Assembly: GCA_964270895.1 (NCBI GenBank)
Contig: OZ185435.1
Length of the DNA: 64,000 nucleotides
Direction: 5' to 3' (one strand)
DNA from: Podarcis filfolensis
Lineage: Eukaryota
The number at the start of each line of letters is the position of its first letter. Position 1 is the first letter of the stretch. Shown here in pieces: positions 18,916 through 33,184 of this stretch. The notes under the pieces are model-generated. The model saw only the letters and a program-made list of their open reading frames with translations, searched no databases and was not told the DNA's origin. The position numbers were made by a program, and so were the translations under genes.

Positions 18916-20925
18916 CGGCCCTTCCCTGCTCCTTCTAATGCAAAGCCAGTTCTCCCGGACTCCATCTATCTCGATAGATAGAGCATAAGCTGTTGGTTCT
19001 GCCAGAGTGGAATCAAGGAAGTCTATGCCTATGCATTGTCCCAGCTTATCATTTTCCTCTTCTAGAGTCCCCAGAGCTATCTTGTTCTCTGGTGTTGTTT
19101 TGGCCCTTCAAAATACACCCCCCCCAAGTAATGAAAGTAACATGCAGCATCCCCATGGCACACTACAATTCTGAGCCCAGAATCTTGAAACAGAATGCTT
19201 CCATGGTGACCTTTGTTGACACACGCGTTAGCATGTAACGTGTGACCGGGGACATGTGCCAGCTTGGTAACAAAGAATTACTAAGTACACACATTGCCCA
19301 CTTTACAGAAGGAATGTAGAAGTCACTATTCGTTTTCAAAGGAGTTCCCCCTTGTGACATGCCTCATTTTCTATTGGTGAGAATTTGGAGAGTATCATAG
19401 AGGCAAAGAGTGAGCTTTGCTGTTTGAGTAGATGGTGCATCTCTCCGAAGGACGGAGAGTACGTACCAGGGATTGTTAACTGAACTGAGCTTGCTGGAGG
19501 AGACCAAAATGAAACCAACAGGGTGATAATGCACACACGTCTGGCTTCCTTCTCTTAAGAATCATGGTCAAGACTGAGCCAATGAAAGCTCTGGGGTCAT
19601 CTCAGGAGCACGGAGGGGAAGGAACAGAGCTGTCCACTCACAGAGAGAATGAGAGGCTTTTGGCTGTTCAGCACTGGAGAAAGAAACTGACTCGCCTGGA
19701 GCTTGCAGCCTTGCTTGAAAATGATGGAGGCTGACAGATCTGGGATTAATCTAAAAGTTTCAGCTCTTTGCACACCAAATGGAAATTTGCCTGGAAACCA
19801 TAGTGTGTGAGCCGAGAGTCTCATCAGAGACTCTGCTGGGAAGAGGGGCCTCGTGTTGGGGCTTCCTTGCACCCCCATTTTCCGTACCCTAATGCTTCGG
19901 TTGCCGGCATGCAGAACTAGAAGCCAAACATGAACACCTGTCTAGAAAGAAATCAAATAGCTTCCCTTTCTATACAAGTTTGCCGACATCATTTCCTTAG
20001 CTAAATGACTTTTAAAAAGAAAAAAAAGAAAAAACCTTCTGTAATTAGATGTGAGGGGCTATGCTGCACAGACCATTCTTAGCATCTGCAACAGTACCTA
20101 GTTACCAGATTGCGCACAGTCCCAGCAGATGAAGGATTAAAAGGGACAATTACGATGGCAAATAATTGTGCCTGTGATGGTGATCCTGCATTTAAGGGAA
20201 AACACAAAAGTGCACCTGCAGCATCAAAAGCAGAGTTGTAATGAATCTTGCTGAGGCAGACCTGGATGTTACCCCTCTCCCTCCGTCCCACCCTGGCAAG
20301 CCAGCCCCCATTAAAACATTTTGGCCACTGTCCAAAGTCATTGTGTGCAATTAATACCCATTAATATCAATGGGACCGAAGGAGGCATAATCATGGCTAA
20401 TTTCTCGAAAGCAAGGTGCAGAATTTGAGTCTGTTTTGCGACCAGCGATGGGTGATTTGATTCAGCTCAATTTAAAACTGGCTGGGGAAGCATTCATAAA
20501 GAGCTTATCTGTTGTCCATTTAATTCTTTCCCGGCACATAATGTTAGTGCATGCACACTGATGGGACCAAGTGCAAGCTCTATTGAGCATCAGTTGGCTT
20601 TGGGGTGCCTGGTCTGCGGATGCTGCCTTCATGCTTACAATCTTGTTTAGCAATCTGGGCTGGAGAAAAGTTTTGCAAAGAGATGGGTTTGTATTATGAG
20701 ATTGGCATTAGGAGCTTGACAAAGTCATATGCCAAATCAAAGAATAACTACAAACTTTTGCAACATCACTACTTCTTTCCCCTCTGGATTTTTTTTTTAA
20801 AAAAAATGAGTTTATTGACAGCGTACGAAGGTAAGAGGATCACAAAAGAAAGCAATGTATCAACATAAAGTGACACAGAGGCTTTGAAACAGGCTTAAAG
20901 ATCAATTTATTTTATGTTGCTTTTC

Positions 20926-21205
20926 ATAGAATCATAGTATTGTAGAGTTGGAAAGGAATCTCTTAAGACGGATGGCCATCCAGCCTCTGCTTAAATACAT
21001 CCAATGAACAAGGGTCCACCACCTTCCAATATAGACCATTCCACTGTCGAAATTTACTCAGAAAGATCTTCCGGCTGTTTAGTCAGAATCTTCTTTCTTG
21101 TAACTTGAAGCCATTGTTTCGAGTCCTACTCTCCAGAGCAGGAGAAAAAAACATGCTTGCTCTATCTTTCATCTTTGAAGATGACTATCATATCTCCTCT
21201 AAGCT
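20926..21205 (-). mobile_element. CR1 LINE 3' end
   Basis: CR1 tail 'catagaatcatagtattgtagagttggaaagg' and internal matches to the CR1 copy at 46.6-47.7 kb. Confidence 0.8.
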
Positions 21206-21887
21206 ACACTGCAGACAGTGGGACTTGAACTAGCATGTTTAGGATTGCACTGGATTAAATTGCTCTGGATTAAAAAAAATAATAGTTGTAATGATAGTTT
21301 TATATTGGTGGGGGTTGATGCCTATTGTGTCTTGTGAGACAGGGAACAGGGTCTTTGCTATGAGTGTGTGAGGGTGAGATTTGCTCACCCCCTAGCTGTT
21401 TCTGGTGGTGCTGCCCCCCTCCACTTATGGAATCAAGGGAATTCTCTATTGACTTGCATGGGGTGAGAAAAGCTATATCCTCACAATTGTTGGGGGGCAG
21501 AAGTAGCAGAATTGGACAATCTCACTTACCCTTTAAGAATCATTTTACCCTAAGGGTCCTTGGTGGGCTACCAGCCATTTTTTAAAGGGGGGGAGGCCCT
21601 GCAGTTTGTTCTTGCCCCGTATGCAAGTTAATGGAGAGAGATCTCTAATCATTACACTGCACAAGTAGGGGAAAGAATTGGCTGCTATGCTAAGTGTTTC
21701 TAGTGATGAGAAGACACCTCCCCCAAATAGACATGTTTGGGTCTGCAGCCTCTCTCTACCACAAGCAAATGGAGCAACTTTTACAGAGGAGCAGACAAAA
21801 GTGGAGGGAGGAGAAAGCAAGGCATGGATAACAGGGAATGACTATGATCAAGTGGTTACATCTTCATCTTTGTTGATCACTCTATAG

Positions 21888-22023
21888 CAGGCTTCCTCAA
21901 CCTCGGCCCTCCAGATGTTTTGAGACTACAATTCCCATCATCCCTGACCACTGGTCCTGCTAGCTAGGGATCATGGGAGTTGTAGGCCAAAAACATCTGG
22001 AGGGCCGAGGCTGAGGAAGCCTG
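21888..22023. mobile_element. hAT (URR1-like) palindromic MITE
   Basis: TIRs of about 35 bp (CAGGCTTCCTCAACCTCGGCCCTCCAGATGTTTTG); 8-bp TSD CTCTATAG / CTCTGTAG (1 mismatch). Confidence 0.9.
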
Positions 22024-22461
22024 CTCTGTAGTGAGTGCCCTTCTATGCATCCTTCTTATTGTGCATTCATGAATATTTGTGCTCAAGACAGTATCAAGGT
22101 TGTTATCCACAATCCTGCTTCCTATACTGTTTACATCTGCAATGGTTCAAGGTAGACATACTGTTTCATTTGTTGCACTAGAAGAACAATAATGTGGTGA
22201 CATTGGGAAAGCATTGCAAAACAACCAATACAGCAGAATGTGTGGATGGTCCAGTATAAATCCATCACAAATGCCCTACTATTGTGTCAATGGCATGTTG
22301 CAGAAAACACCCTCAAGCGAACAGGAGCCTGGAGGGAGCCTATGTTAGGAAAAGGCCATGATTTGTATATGCATGTTTCTTTGATCATTGACCTAGTGAG
22401 CATGAAACTGTCACTATTTGGAATCTGAGTATTATTATTTATTATGCAGTACCATTTACCT

Positions 22462-22817
22462 AGGGACGCGGGTGGCGCTGTGGGTTAAACCACAGAGCCT
22501 AGGACTTGCTGATCAGAAGGTCGGCAGTTCGAATCCCTGCCACGGGGTGAGCTCCCATTGCTCGGTCCCTGCTCCTGCCAACCCAGCAGTTCGAAAGCAC
22601 GTCAAAATGCAAGTAGATAAATAGGTACCGCTCCGGCGGGAAGGTAAACGGTGTTTCCATGCGCTGCTCTGGTTCACCAGAAGCGGCTTAGTCCTGCTGG
22701 CCACATGACCCGGAAGCTGTACTCCGGCTCCCTCGGCCAATAAAGCGAGATGAGCGCCACAACCCCAGAGTAGGTCACGACTGGACCTAATGGTCAGGGG
22801 TCCCTTTATCTTTACCT
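22462..22817 (+). mobile_element. Sauria SINE (full length)
   Basis: tRNA-like head GGGACGCGGGTGGCGCTGTGGG with B-box-like GTTCGAATCC; ACCTTT-type tail; 12-bp TSD TACCATTTACCT at 22450-22461 and 22818-22829. Confidence 0.92.
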
Positions 22818-25019
22818 TACCATTTACCTGGCATATTGCAGGGTAACGTATGCAAAAAACAAAAATAAAAAAGGCAGGTCCTAATGTCATGAAAGAAGCA
22901 GCCTTTGGAATCCTGATAGATCCCACTTATGATTAAAAAGAGAGAGAGAGAAATCCCTGCTAAATGCCAACAATGCCATCAGCCGCACCCACCACAGTGC
23001 CAAAGATTAGCAAACCAGCAGAAATAACTATCATTACCATCAACCTCTCCAAGACACAGACAGCCCAGAATATTCTGTTCCAATTCAACAATACCAACAC
23101 AGTCAATGTAAACATAAAAGGACTGAAAAAATCACATTGTAGTGAAGAGCCCAATCTTTTAATTTACTGTGTCATTATGGGATGTATTATTTATATGCAT
23201 ACAAAATATGTTTGGGCATGATTTTGTTTAGCAATGTATACCATGTAGCTGATCTGATTATTTTAAAGACAAAGGGCCACAAATAAGCTGGTGGAAAGTA
23301 CCCCAGTTGTGTTGATTGGTGTGGAGTGACGCCCGTTTACGCCAGTGGAAGAGCTGGCCCACTTATGTCAATCTCTAATAGAAGCTTGTTTGTATTTCTA
23401 ATAAGCCAAGACATTTTGATTGTGTAATCAGCTCTGCATTCTTCTCTCTGCCTGCGCAGGGTATAATTGTAGCTCTTGGATGATAATTGTTATTAAATTA
23501 TTAAATAATGGAGGATTGGAAGGTCACTTTAAGGTTGTGCTTTGCAGACTTCTTTGGTCTCAAGCGATGAGGGAGAAAGTACCATTGAATCGAAATGGGA
23601 GTGCGTTGGTCTGCTGAGCACAAATTGCACACACAAGCAATTGTGAGTGTACCAGTGCCATTTCAAAGAAATACAGTTTGCCTCTGGAAAATGCACCTCC
23701 TTTTGACACTAGCAGCTCAGTCATTCTCGCTTCACTAATCTACAGACTGAGTCATACTTTTGGGAGGACACCATGATAGTTTTATCCCAGTTCCCAGGAA
23801 TATTTAGAAGGCCCTGACTACAAAACATTAGCAATCTTGCTCTGTGGTCTGGAACAAGGGACATTGCACTGTTCACTAGGCTTTATGGTCACTCCCACAA
23901 GTGACACAGAGAACATCTTTGAATAGCTAACATCTGAAGGAAATGAATGAAACTCATGAGCATCTTTGATGTAGTATGAAAAATGGCCACCCCTCACCCC
24001 CTCCATTAGAATGGGACCATTCTAAAAACAATGCTGGTGATAACTAGTTTTACAAGCAGGACAAACAGAGGATGAGGGTAGAAATTGGTGGCCCACTGAC
24101 TCATTCTCTCCCAATCCTGCAAACTGGACTGGCAAGAAATCATCCACATATCTGGCAGTTCCTCTGCATCTAATATATAGAGTGAAAGAACATCCATTAA
24201 ATCCCTCAACCCCTTTGAAAATAAGACAAACATAACAGGAAATGCTGTACCTCACTCATGAGCAGTTAACTGGATTTTTCTTTCTCCTTTTTTATAATTT
24301 TCAAATGAAGTTCCTTTTCTCATTAATTGATGGAAAATAGTAGGAAAACACACTGGATAATTTTTTTGGCGCAGCACTATCTTGGAGCAACACAGAACTC
24401 TGACCGAGGGAGAGTCCCAACAGGGTATATATGTAAGTTCCATTTTGAACTGTATTTTGCATCTTAAACTTCCTCGATCAAAAGTATCCCAGTAAGCCTT
24501 TGTCCCCCTGGAACAGGTGCCTAGGCTTGCTGGCCCCTTGCCTGGGATCTCTGCTCATCTGTGTCTTCATATGTCTGTTTCCATAAAGGTTGAATCTTGA
24601 AAGGCTTATTCATGAGCCTATTCCCCGAAGGAAGGCCAGTCAACCCTCTCATTCCCAACATGTAGTAATGCTTGACTAGATTCAGACCCAGTAAGAGGAG
24701 GTCAGCACGGCTGCTTCTTGCCAAGGAGAAGAAAGGAGGGAAGCAGCTCCCCCTCAGTGTGGATCCCTTTCCTCAAATTTAATGAATGGATCCCTTTATA
24801 AACAAGATAAAATTAAACCAATCAAATTCAGTTGCTCAGTTACTTTACAGCAGTTCATTATTTGGTACAAATGTAAGGATCTATACAGCTATACAGACAG
24901 ATTACTTGAGTGACTGCCTTATCTTTTATGTAAATACCCTGTAGGTCACTGTGGTCTGTAGGAGATCTGCTTCTTCAAGTTCTATAGATATCAGAAGACT
25001 GTTCCACAGTAATTGAGAG

Positions 25020-25125
25020 CAGGGCTTTCAATGTGGCTGCCCCTGTTGTGTGGAACAGCATACCTGTTGAGATACGAACAGGCATCCACTATCTGTGCTT
25101 CTCAGAGACACTTGAATATATTATT
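25020..25125 (+). mobile_element. Degenerate L2 C-terminal remnant
   Basis: Translates as RAFNVAAPVVWNSIPVEIR, the L2 'RAFS..AP.LWN.LP' motif. Confidence 0.7.
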
Positions 25126-27114
25126 GTTCTGACAAGCTTTGCCAGTTTGAGTGAATATGTCTTGCCATGGCTGTCCACTTTTTATTGTTTTAAAGTTCAC
25201 CTTCTGTTGATTTTTGTGCAGTTTGTAACTGTTTATATTAGCATTTTAAAAAATACTTTGCAGCTTTCACAAAATAGTTCCATGATTCTAATCTGTGTCA
25301 ACTCAGCACAATCCTAAGCATGTAAGACAGAGTGAGTTCAGTCGGGCTTTCTCCCCAGCACACGAGTAGGGAATCTCTGGCCCACAGGATGAATTAGGCC
25401 CCCAACTGGCTCACCAGCTCATTTTGGGCAAGCCATGCTCTCCTGCCTACACCTGACATCATAAGGACATCAGGTGTGGGGTGAATGAAGCCATGGCTCA
25501 GCCAAAGGGGTTTGCAACCACATTGTTTTGCAAACACCGACAATCAGCTGATTGCTGGGGCTTGAATAGTTTAGGACTTGCTCTGCCCACCAACCCAGCT
25601 TGACACACTGGTTGTGTGGGAAATCAGGATTAGCCCGCCAACCCACATAGAACTGCAGCCTTGTTTCCTTGTCAGTGCCCAATTCTGTACATGTTTATTT
25701 AAACATAAGGCCCACTGAATGCAGTGGAGCATGTTTCAAAGTAAGTATGCATCAGACTGCAGCCTTAGAAGAATAAAACACACCAAAGTTATTTTTTCTG
25801 TTTTATTATCTCTGACTCACCTGCAAATAACCTGGGTCAAATGGAGCCCCTTCAAACAAATGATGTGTGTGCTTGACACACTCCAGAGTTTTATGTTTAT
25901 ATTCATCTCCACTAGAAGTTGTGTTTCAACTCAGGTCAGCTGGATCTAAGTCACTCACCAAAGCCAATCTTTAATTTGTCTCACAATGATGAAACATCCC
26001 CTGATAAGATTCTGCTGCCTTGATGTTATTTCCATTGCATTGCATTCCCTGCTTGAACAAGCCTCCTCTGTGGAATATATATATCCTTCCCCCTAAGCAA
26101 CTATCTTACCCCCCTCTTAGTTTGTCTTTTAATTATTATTTAAATTATTAATTGCTATTAATCCTGAATGAGTTCATGACGGGGTCTACCTTTAAACTCC
26201 TGGACCCCTGCCAAGCTGTGTATATATAATATTCCTTTCGTCATAAACCAGTCCTTGTAGCCCTTCCATAATTTATGGCTGCTTTTCTCTGAAGTACCTC
26301 AAAGTTATCTGAATCAATTCTGAGGCTGAAAAACCACACAGGATTCAGCAAAGGAAGGTGAGTGACTTCAGAGTCTCTGGCTAGAAGGAGGGGAGTCTTT
26401 AGGAATGCCAAGAAAGCGATCAGAGGCCACTGGCTTCTTTGAACAATCAACATTACTGCAAGGCTACATTCAGACATGGGGATTGCTGTGTTTAATTTCC
26501 CTGGATGCAATACTTTCCCAGTTGCTAACGTTCCTTTTACACTGCAGTACCTGCTGCATTATGGAACTGTGGCTTTCTGATCAATATGCTGCCATGTCAT
26601 GCTAAATCGTGAAACTATGGGAAACAAATGTATGCGGAGATACTGCCACAAATTTTGTTTGGTGATTTTCTGGATCAGCAGGTTTGCAAACAGACTTTTT
26701 TTTTCTTCCTGGAAGCAGTTAGCATGAAAATGAGCCACTAAACTTCCAGTAGTTTCCGCTGGATTTCCAGAAGTGACTTCTGCATCGTGTGAAAGATTGC
26801 ATAAAAGGCAAAACAAAACAATTAGGTGAGGAAATGTCAAGAAAGTGGAATAAAGTGCTTTCTGAACATAGCCTGTGTTTTGGCAGAGGCAGGAATGGAT
26901 AAGCATATTGAGCCCATATATTAAGATCATCTTCAGAGTCCGTCCTCCATGTGCCCCCACCATCCATAATATAGTGACCAGTGACCAGAAAGAGAGTCCT
27001 TCATTCACAGTACCCCATTTGTGGACTTCCCTCACCTACCTGGTACCCACATCTTTTCAGCTCTAAGCCAAAACCTGTCTAGTTTAAATCAGAGCTGAAA
27101 AGATGTGGTTCTTC

Positions 27115-27264
27115 CCCCTCCCCATTTGATCCTCACCACAATCCTGTGAGGTAGGCTAAGTTGAGAGACAGTGACTGGCTCAGTGGCTCAAGAACACTCA
27201 GTCAGTTTCATGACCGAGTTGGGATTTGAACCCTGGTCTCTCAGGTCAAAGTCCAGGACTTTCA
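27115..27264 (-). mobile_element. MIR-like CORE SINE remnant
   Basis: 'atcctcaccacaatcctgtgaggtagg...gggatttgaaccctggtctc' CORE/tRNA-head pattern. Confidence 0.65.
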
Positions 27265-28339
27265 CATTTCTTGGCATGAGGTGTTTGAGCTGTTGTTCTG
27301 TTCAATGCCTATTTGAATTCTCCCTCTCCCTCTCTCCCTTGTATTCTTTGTAATTTGCTGGATTTTATGTAAACAACCCTGGAGGCATGTCTGAAGGATA
27401 ATATATAAATTTAGTAAGTGAGTAAATCAATGCAAATGTAGGACCGTTCTGACTTCATTGTGTAGACAGACAAGCTGTGTCTCGTCTTTCCTCTAACTGT
27501 GTGGTAGCTCTCATCAAATAGCTGTGGAAGAAACCCCCTGTCAGTAGAAGGGTGCTGCCCTGGCTATTCCCAGATCCACCTGTGGGATTTTGCGTTCACC
27601 ATGTTGCACATCTCTCCTGTTTTAATGGCACTGGTATGCTAATAGGGCACCACTATCTCCTCTGAAACAGCAAGTCTGCCCATCCTCACCCCACTGCTAC
27701 CAGTGAGGATGTGAGAGACATCTGCGAAGAAGCGATGGGACTGTCTAGGGCCATTTGGAGGTGGTTCGGCTATCTAGTTTGCTTACTCAAAGGAGAGGAT
27801 GCTTGGCACTCTTTGTTTATAAGAATGGGGGTGGTGGAGCTGCTTTGATATCCTGTGTGAGCTGTATGAGCTGATCTGGTATTGAGCATATGGTTACATG
27901 CCTAGGACTGATAGATAGAGAGAATGAGCAGTGTGTTTCTGTGTAGTGCAATTTATGGAATCTGCGTCTACAGGGACAGATGAACTATTATTGAAATCTT
28001 GGGTTCAGAGAAGCCTGTCATCCCCCCCCATCCGTTAACAAATACAGTAACATTTAGTCTTTAACTATGCAGGTGAAATAATAAAAATAGGATTCTCCTG
28101 ATTCACCTTGCATCTACACTGAAGAGTCATTGGCCTTGTTAAAGGGAGTACGGGACCTGACAGCAATTCTTTACTCCAATGCCTTTCAGGTGCCCTCCCC
28201 TACATAATGAATTGCTTGAAAATTGCTGCATATCAGCATAAACACCATTTTTAATTTGAATTTGCAACACTTCTCAGCAGAGTTCTGCGAATCTTTAGGC
28301 TGAGGAAGGCTCTAAAAGTTCAGCAATATCTGTGGTTCA

Positions 28340-28500
28340 AGACAGCCAGTGTGGTGTGGTAGGTTTAAATTTCCACACAGCTGTGAAGCTCACTAAATGG
28401 CCTCAAGTTAGCATCTCAGTTTCTCAGCCTAATCTACTTCACAGGGCTGTTGTGAGAATAAAGTCAGAGGACCCTGTGGAGATAGCCCTGAGCTCCTTGG
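28340..28500 (+). mobile_element. MIR-like CORE SINE remnant
   Basis: 'gccagtgtggtgtgg...tctcagcctaatctacttcacagggctgttgtgagaataaa'. Confidence 0.6.
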
Positions 28501-31121
28501 ATGAATGCAAAGGCAGGAGACAAATGTGACAAACACCCTGCTGCAAAATGATTGCTTTCAAAGCCCTTCACTTTGCACATTTTGTGTTTCCTCTATCCTG
28601 CCTGCATCAGAGTGAACATGCATTGGAGGTTTTTACTGATTGATAGGAGGTGAGATAAAATGCTTTAGCCTGGCTGTGCGGGCGCAGAAGAGTGTCTGCC
28701 TGTCACCTGGTGTTTAGACAATAAATCACTTGGATTTACTCTCCTCAGGACACTATAAGGCTGGAAGTGTAAACAATGTGGCTGTGGCAGTGATGGAACA
28801 TCACAACGACATCACAATGGGGGCAGCATGTCATGTGCTGACTCTGTGAGATGCATCCAAGTTGCACAGGAGTCTCCAGGTAGGGTATCAATTAGCAGGA
28901 TGTTGGGGGAACTTGGAGAGGGAGGAGAAACTACCCATTCATGGGGCCACATTTTATTTCAGTTTTCACCTGCTCCAGAACGAATACAAGGGCTTCTGAT
29001 CCAATTTTGTTTTGTGCTCCTCTAAGCTCGCAAAAGTTGATAAATATTGTAGAGGTTCAAGCAAATGCATAGCATGCGTATGTTGAGAGCCTTCCTTTCC
29101 CTGGAGCCGCTGTTTCTGAAGCAAATGAAACAAGAACTGTGTTAATAATCCTACTTGGCACTTTTAATCTTCAAAGAACTTTGCAGATTTTAATGAAATC
29201 ACTTGCCTTTCAACAAACCCAACAAGAGAGGTGGGGAAAATATAGAGAACATGCAGAGACCCCCCTAGAATGAATCTGAAAGCGGAATTCGAGAGACACT
29301 GGGTCTCTTCCTTTTTTTTTTTACCCATAATGTTTTATTGATTTTCATACAGTTCAACACATTCAATTCAGTTTTAATACAACATTCCCTTAGCATTTTG
29401 ACTTCCCATCCTTACTTCCACGATGCTTTTGTTCAGATCCTTTATCTGCTACCATAAATACAGTACCTTTTTCTAAAACATATATCCTACATTACATTCC
29501 TTAGTCCCACTCATTCTTTTGCTTATAGGCACTAGGTCTCTTCCAAGGGGTGCAAAGACTAGACTTCCTTGCCAAATGCTAGTTGCATTCCCTTCTCTTG
29601 GGCTACATTCACACCACATGTTTAAAGCACTATGATAGCACTTTAAACACCATGGCTTCCCCAAAGAATTCTAGCAGCTGTAGTTTGTCAAGGGTGTTGA
29701 GAGTTGTTAAGAGACCCATATTCCCCTCCTAGAGCTATATTTCTCAGAGTGGTTTAACAATCATTCCCTATTCACAGTGAACTCAAGGAACCCAGCAGTT
29801 TCATGAAGATGTTCAAAAACTGTGGGAGGTAAGTTGGGCCATTGCAGGACTCCATAAGCCAAAAAAGATCAGCTGAAGTTGGAGTCTACCAACATTCCCA
29901 TTCTTGGACCAATCCTCCAGGCATGATGGGAACTGCTGCAAAATAACATCCTTTCTTTCCGTCCCAGCTAAGTGGAACCTGAACAGGTGCACCACACACT
30001 ACAAGTGTCCACTAAATACGGTAAAAGAAGTACGAGTAGATGATTTATCTATTTATTTGCTTGCTTGCTTACTTGCTTGCTTGTTGCAGGTCCCACTACT
30101 AGTAGTAGCAGCAGTAGTAGCCATGGCTGTGTCTGTTCATATGGCCGCTCTGCTTTTGTGCTGAGTCAGCTGAGGACATTGCAAAATTTGTTTGTTTTTT
30201 CCTCTTACGTTCAGTTCACACATCCTCCTTTGCCTCCCATAGCTCTGGCTGTGAAGGCGCAATTGTGGCCTCATTGATTGTTCACCTCCTGGAATTGTCC
30301 CACATGTGCCAGTGCAGTGTCAGAATCAATATCGCAGGCTTCGTGCAGAGACTGTGCTGGGGCCAAAAGAAGCAATTTGCTTACTGGGCAGGTTGCTGTG
30401 AGATAATATTGTGTCAGGAGGTGAGGTTGCAGTAAGAGTGGCAATAAATGTTTCTTTTCCTCAACAAGGAGAAAGAGGGGATTGATCAGCTTCAGCTTCA
30501 GATCCTTCTAGAGATAAAATGTAACTGGAGGAACAATAATTTCATGTACTAATGCTCCCTTAAGGGGAAGCCCTTGCAGAGCTTCACATCCCTAACTCAT
30601 TGCAGGTGTGGCAGTGGGGCAGCATTTCGCCTCAGGCGGAAAAACATCTTGGGCTGCCCCTGCTCTCTGGCAAATCAATCTGAGCTTTACTCACAAGTGG
30701 CTGTTCACAGGCAAGAAGTGTAGAGTGCTATCTGGCCTCTTTCTGTGTTGTCCAGCTGCCTATCTCAACCTGTCAATTATGCTGATCCAACACTGTTGAA
30801 GGAAAGATCCAGCTACGTATGAGCAATATTCTACTCCAAGGGCTGCAAAGATGTGCACCCCTCTACTCATTGCTCACTCAACCACTGCATGGTGCCACTG
30901 CACAGCTGTTCTGGGTGTTCACTGGGTAATACTGTGGCAGTGCCAGCTGGGCTGAACTGAGACAAAGATCAACATGGGAAACAAACTACAGTGGGTATCA
31001 CCAACTGGAACAACTGCTTCAAAGTAATGAAGCACATTATTACTGTAATGCACAAATACAGCACAGAGGAGAAATGGTGAGGAGGACTTCCACTCAGGCT
31101 TGGCTCAGCATACCTCTCCAC

Positions 31122-31153
<32 letters not shown>
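31122..31153. repeat. (ATCA)8 microsatellite
   Basis: Perfect tetranucleotide run. Confidence 0.95.
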
Positions 31154-31155
<2 letters not shown>

Positions 31156-32807
31156 TTCATGGGATTGTATATTTTAATTATATTTCAATGCGTAGTAGGC
31201 TTCTAAGTTATTTGCAAGTACAAAACCAGTTTTGGCATTAAGCCATCTATAATGTATTATTTCTTTATATATTTTCTAATTGCAATGTGGTGTTGGGAAC
31301 AGGAAGTCAAATGCATATAATAAATACATGTGCACGCATCTTTCAGTATGCAGCCCCATTTTATAGCTGAGAGACACCAGGGCACACCAAAATGTGGGTA
31401 TCCTTGCTGAATTGGGACATCTGGAATACATGCTTTCATTCATATATACTAAAGGACTTATGATGGCCCTTTAGTATAAGATAAAAGCTAAGATTTCGCT
31501 TCTCCAAAATTAGGGTCCAGAGAGGAAGTGCATTTGTTACACTCTTGGAAAATTTGCCCAAAATATGTGGAAGCCGTGCAGCAATCAGGGATGGGGGTGA
31601 AATTTGGTCCGGTTCACATTTTAATGCAAATCTATCTAATTAACTGTTCCCAAAACAGTAAGCAAAATAAAATAAGCTTTGCTTTAGTACTTACACACAG
31701 CAAAGGATACCCTCCATTGAGAAACTGTTAACACTTCACTGGTATCTTTGCATATTCCTGGGAAAACTCCCATTCATGCAAGTTTTGCCTGTCTCCGCTA
31801 TGTGCTTCTCCAGTGAGCATTTGGCTATATAGGAATCATGGCTACAGATTCTGTTCTATTTTTGGGCCATGTCTTTGAATGCCTTGCATTGTGGTGTACA
31901 GGAAAACAAGGGAGGCGCACACATGCTTCACATGCTGGAAATAGAAATTCCACATTTATAGGCTGCTTGTTGCTTTCTCACAGCTTCTGGCATGCTTCAG
32001 TCTGCCAGTCACAGTGAACACAGTGTCCTGGGAGTGATGATCATTGTGAACAGATGGTCCCACGAGGGACAGACAGATGGCCCAGAGACTGGAAGCTTCT
32101 AGGGATTTTGATGGAACAGAGAAATCAGGCCCTATTTCTCACTCCAGGGTTCCATGCTAGGGACAGGCTAGAGCCCACCTTCCCCACCTTGTCACCTCCA
32201 GCAACTTCTTGTCATTTGTGCTATTTAGTAGGAGCTAGTTAGTGCTGGTGCACTAGATCCCAGTAGTAAAGCAGTGCTCACCCTTCTGCTCTGCCTGTAT
32301 CTTCAGAGCAGAAGACATTTAGCCCAGGAAACAATGCAATAAGCAAGGAAAGCACTTTGACTAGGGGGGAAAAACCACTTCTTTGGGTTTCCCAGGTAGT
32401 TCACAACATTGTTTCAGACTACCGCCTTAGCAGTGCAAGCCACTTAGTATTGAGACCGGAGCCCCAAACCTTTCTCCTAGTCACTCCTCAGAATTTCATC
32501 TCAAGCTACTTGTTCTCTTCCTAGGAGATTACATGATCCACATAACTCACCAGACTTGGCATCAGATGTTGAATTCCTCATATCTCTTTGAAAAGGGGGA
32601 ACATGTTTCTGGCTTTGAAAACAAGCTGGGTGGGTCAGAGCTTCTGGGATCTTAATTGGGGCATTCAACCCTTGGCAATTTAATCTCTAAGTGGTCTCCA
32701 GGGGAGAAAAGAATCAAATGGCTCTTAGGTCACACAGCTGCAGCACAATGCAATACTTTTGGACACCTGCTGCTTTGATTGAGAATTTGGGCTCTGGCAG
32801 TCCTCAC

Positions 32808-33184
32808 TAGGGATGGAAGGTTCTCTCAGCTTTGGTTCTTTCCATTTCTCTTTTCCCTAATCTCAAATTCAGTTCACATTTGTGTAGCAACTAGTGTTAA
32901 AAAAAAACCACACCCCTCGTGTAAATTCTTTAACGTTTCAGTGCAATCCAGCAATTAGTATCTTGCAGAGCAGTCAGGGGGGTTGTCAAGTGAAGTAAGC
33001 AGTGGGGCAGAGCCCCCACAGTACCTAATGAATGCTTTTAGACACACATTGGTTGGAGAGCTGTATCACAACATTCAGGTAAGTGCAAATTTCAAAGGAT
33101 GGCTGTGTTTCACTTCTCATATTGTTTCAGAAAGTGAAGATTTGATCGTTCTGTGAAGAGAATCAGATTTCTTCCCCATCTCTA
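32808..33184. mobile_element. Degenerate non-autonomous DNA element with TAGGGATGG termini
   Basis: Starts TAGGGATGG and ends CCATCTCTA; the left arm is similar to the reverse complement of 51140-51217. Confidence 0.45.
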
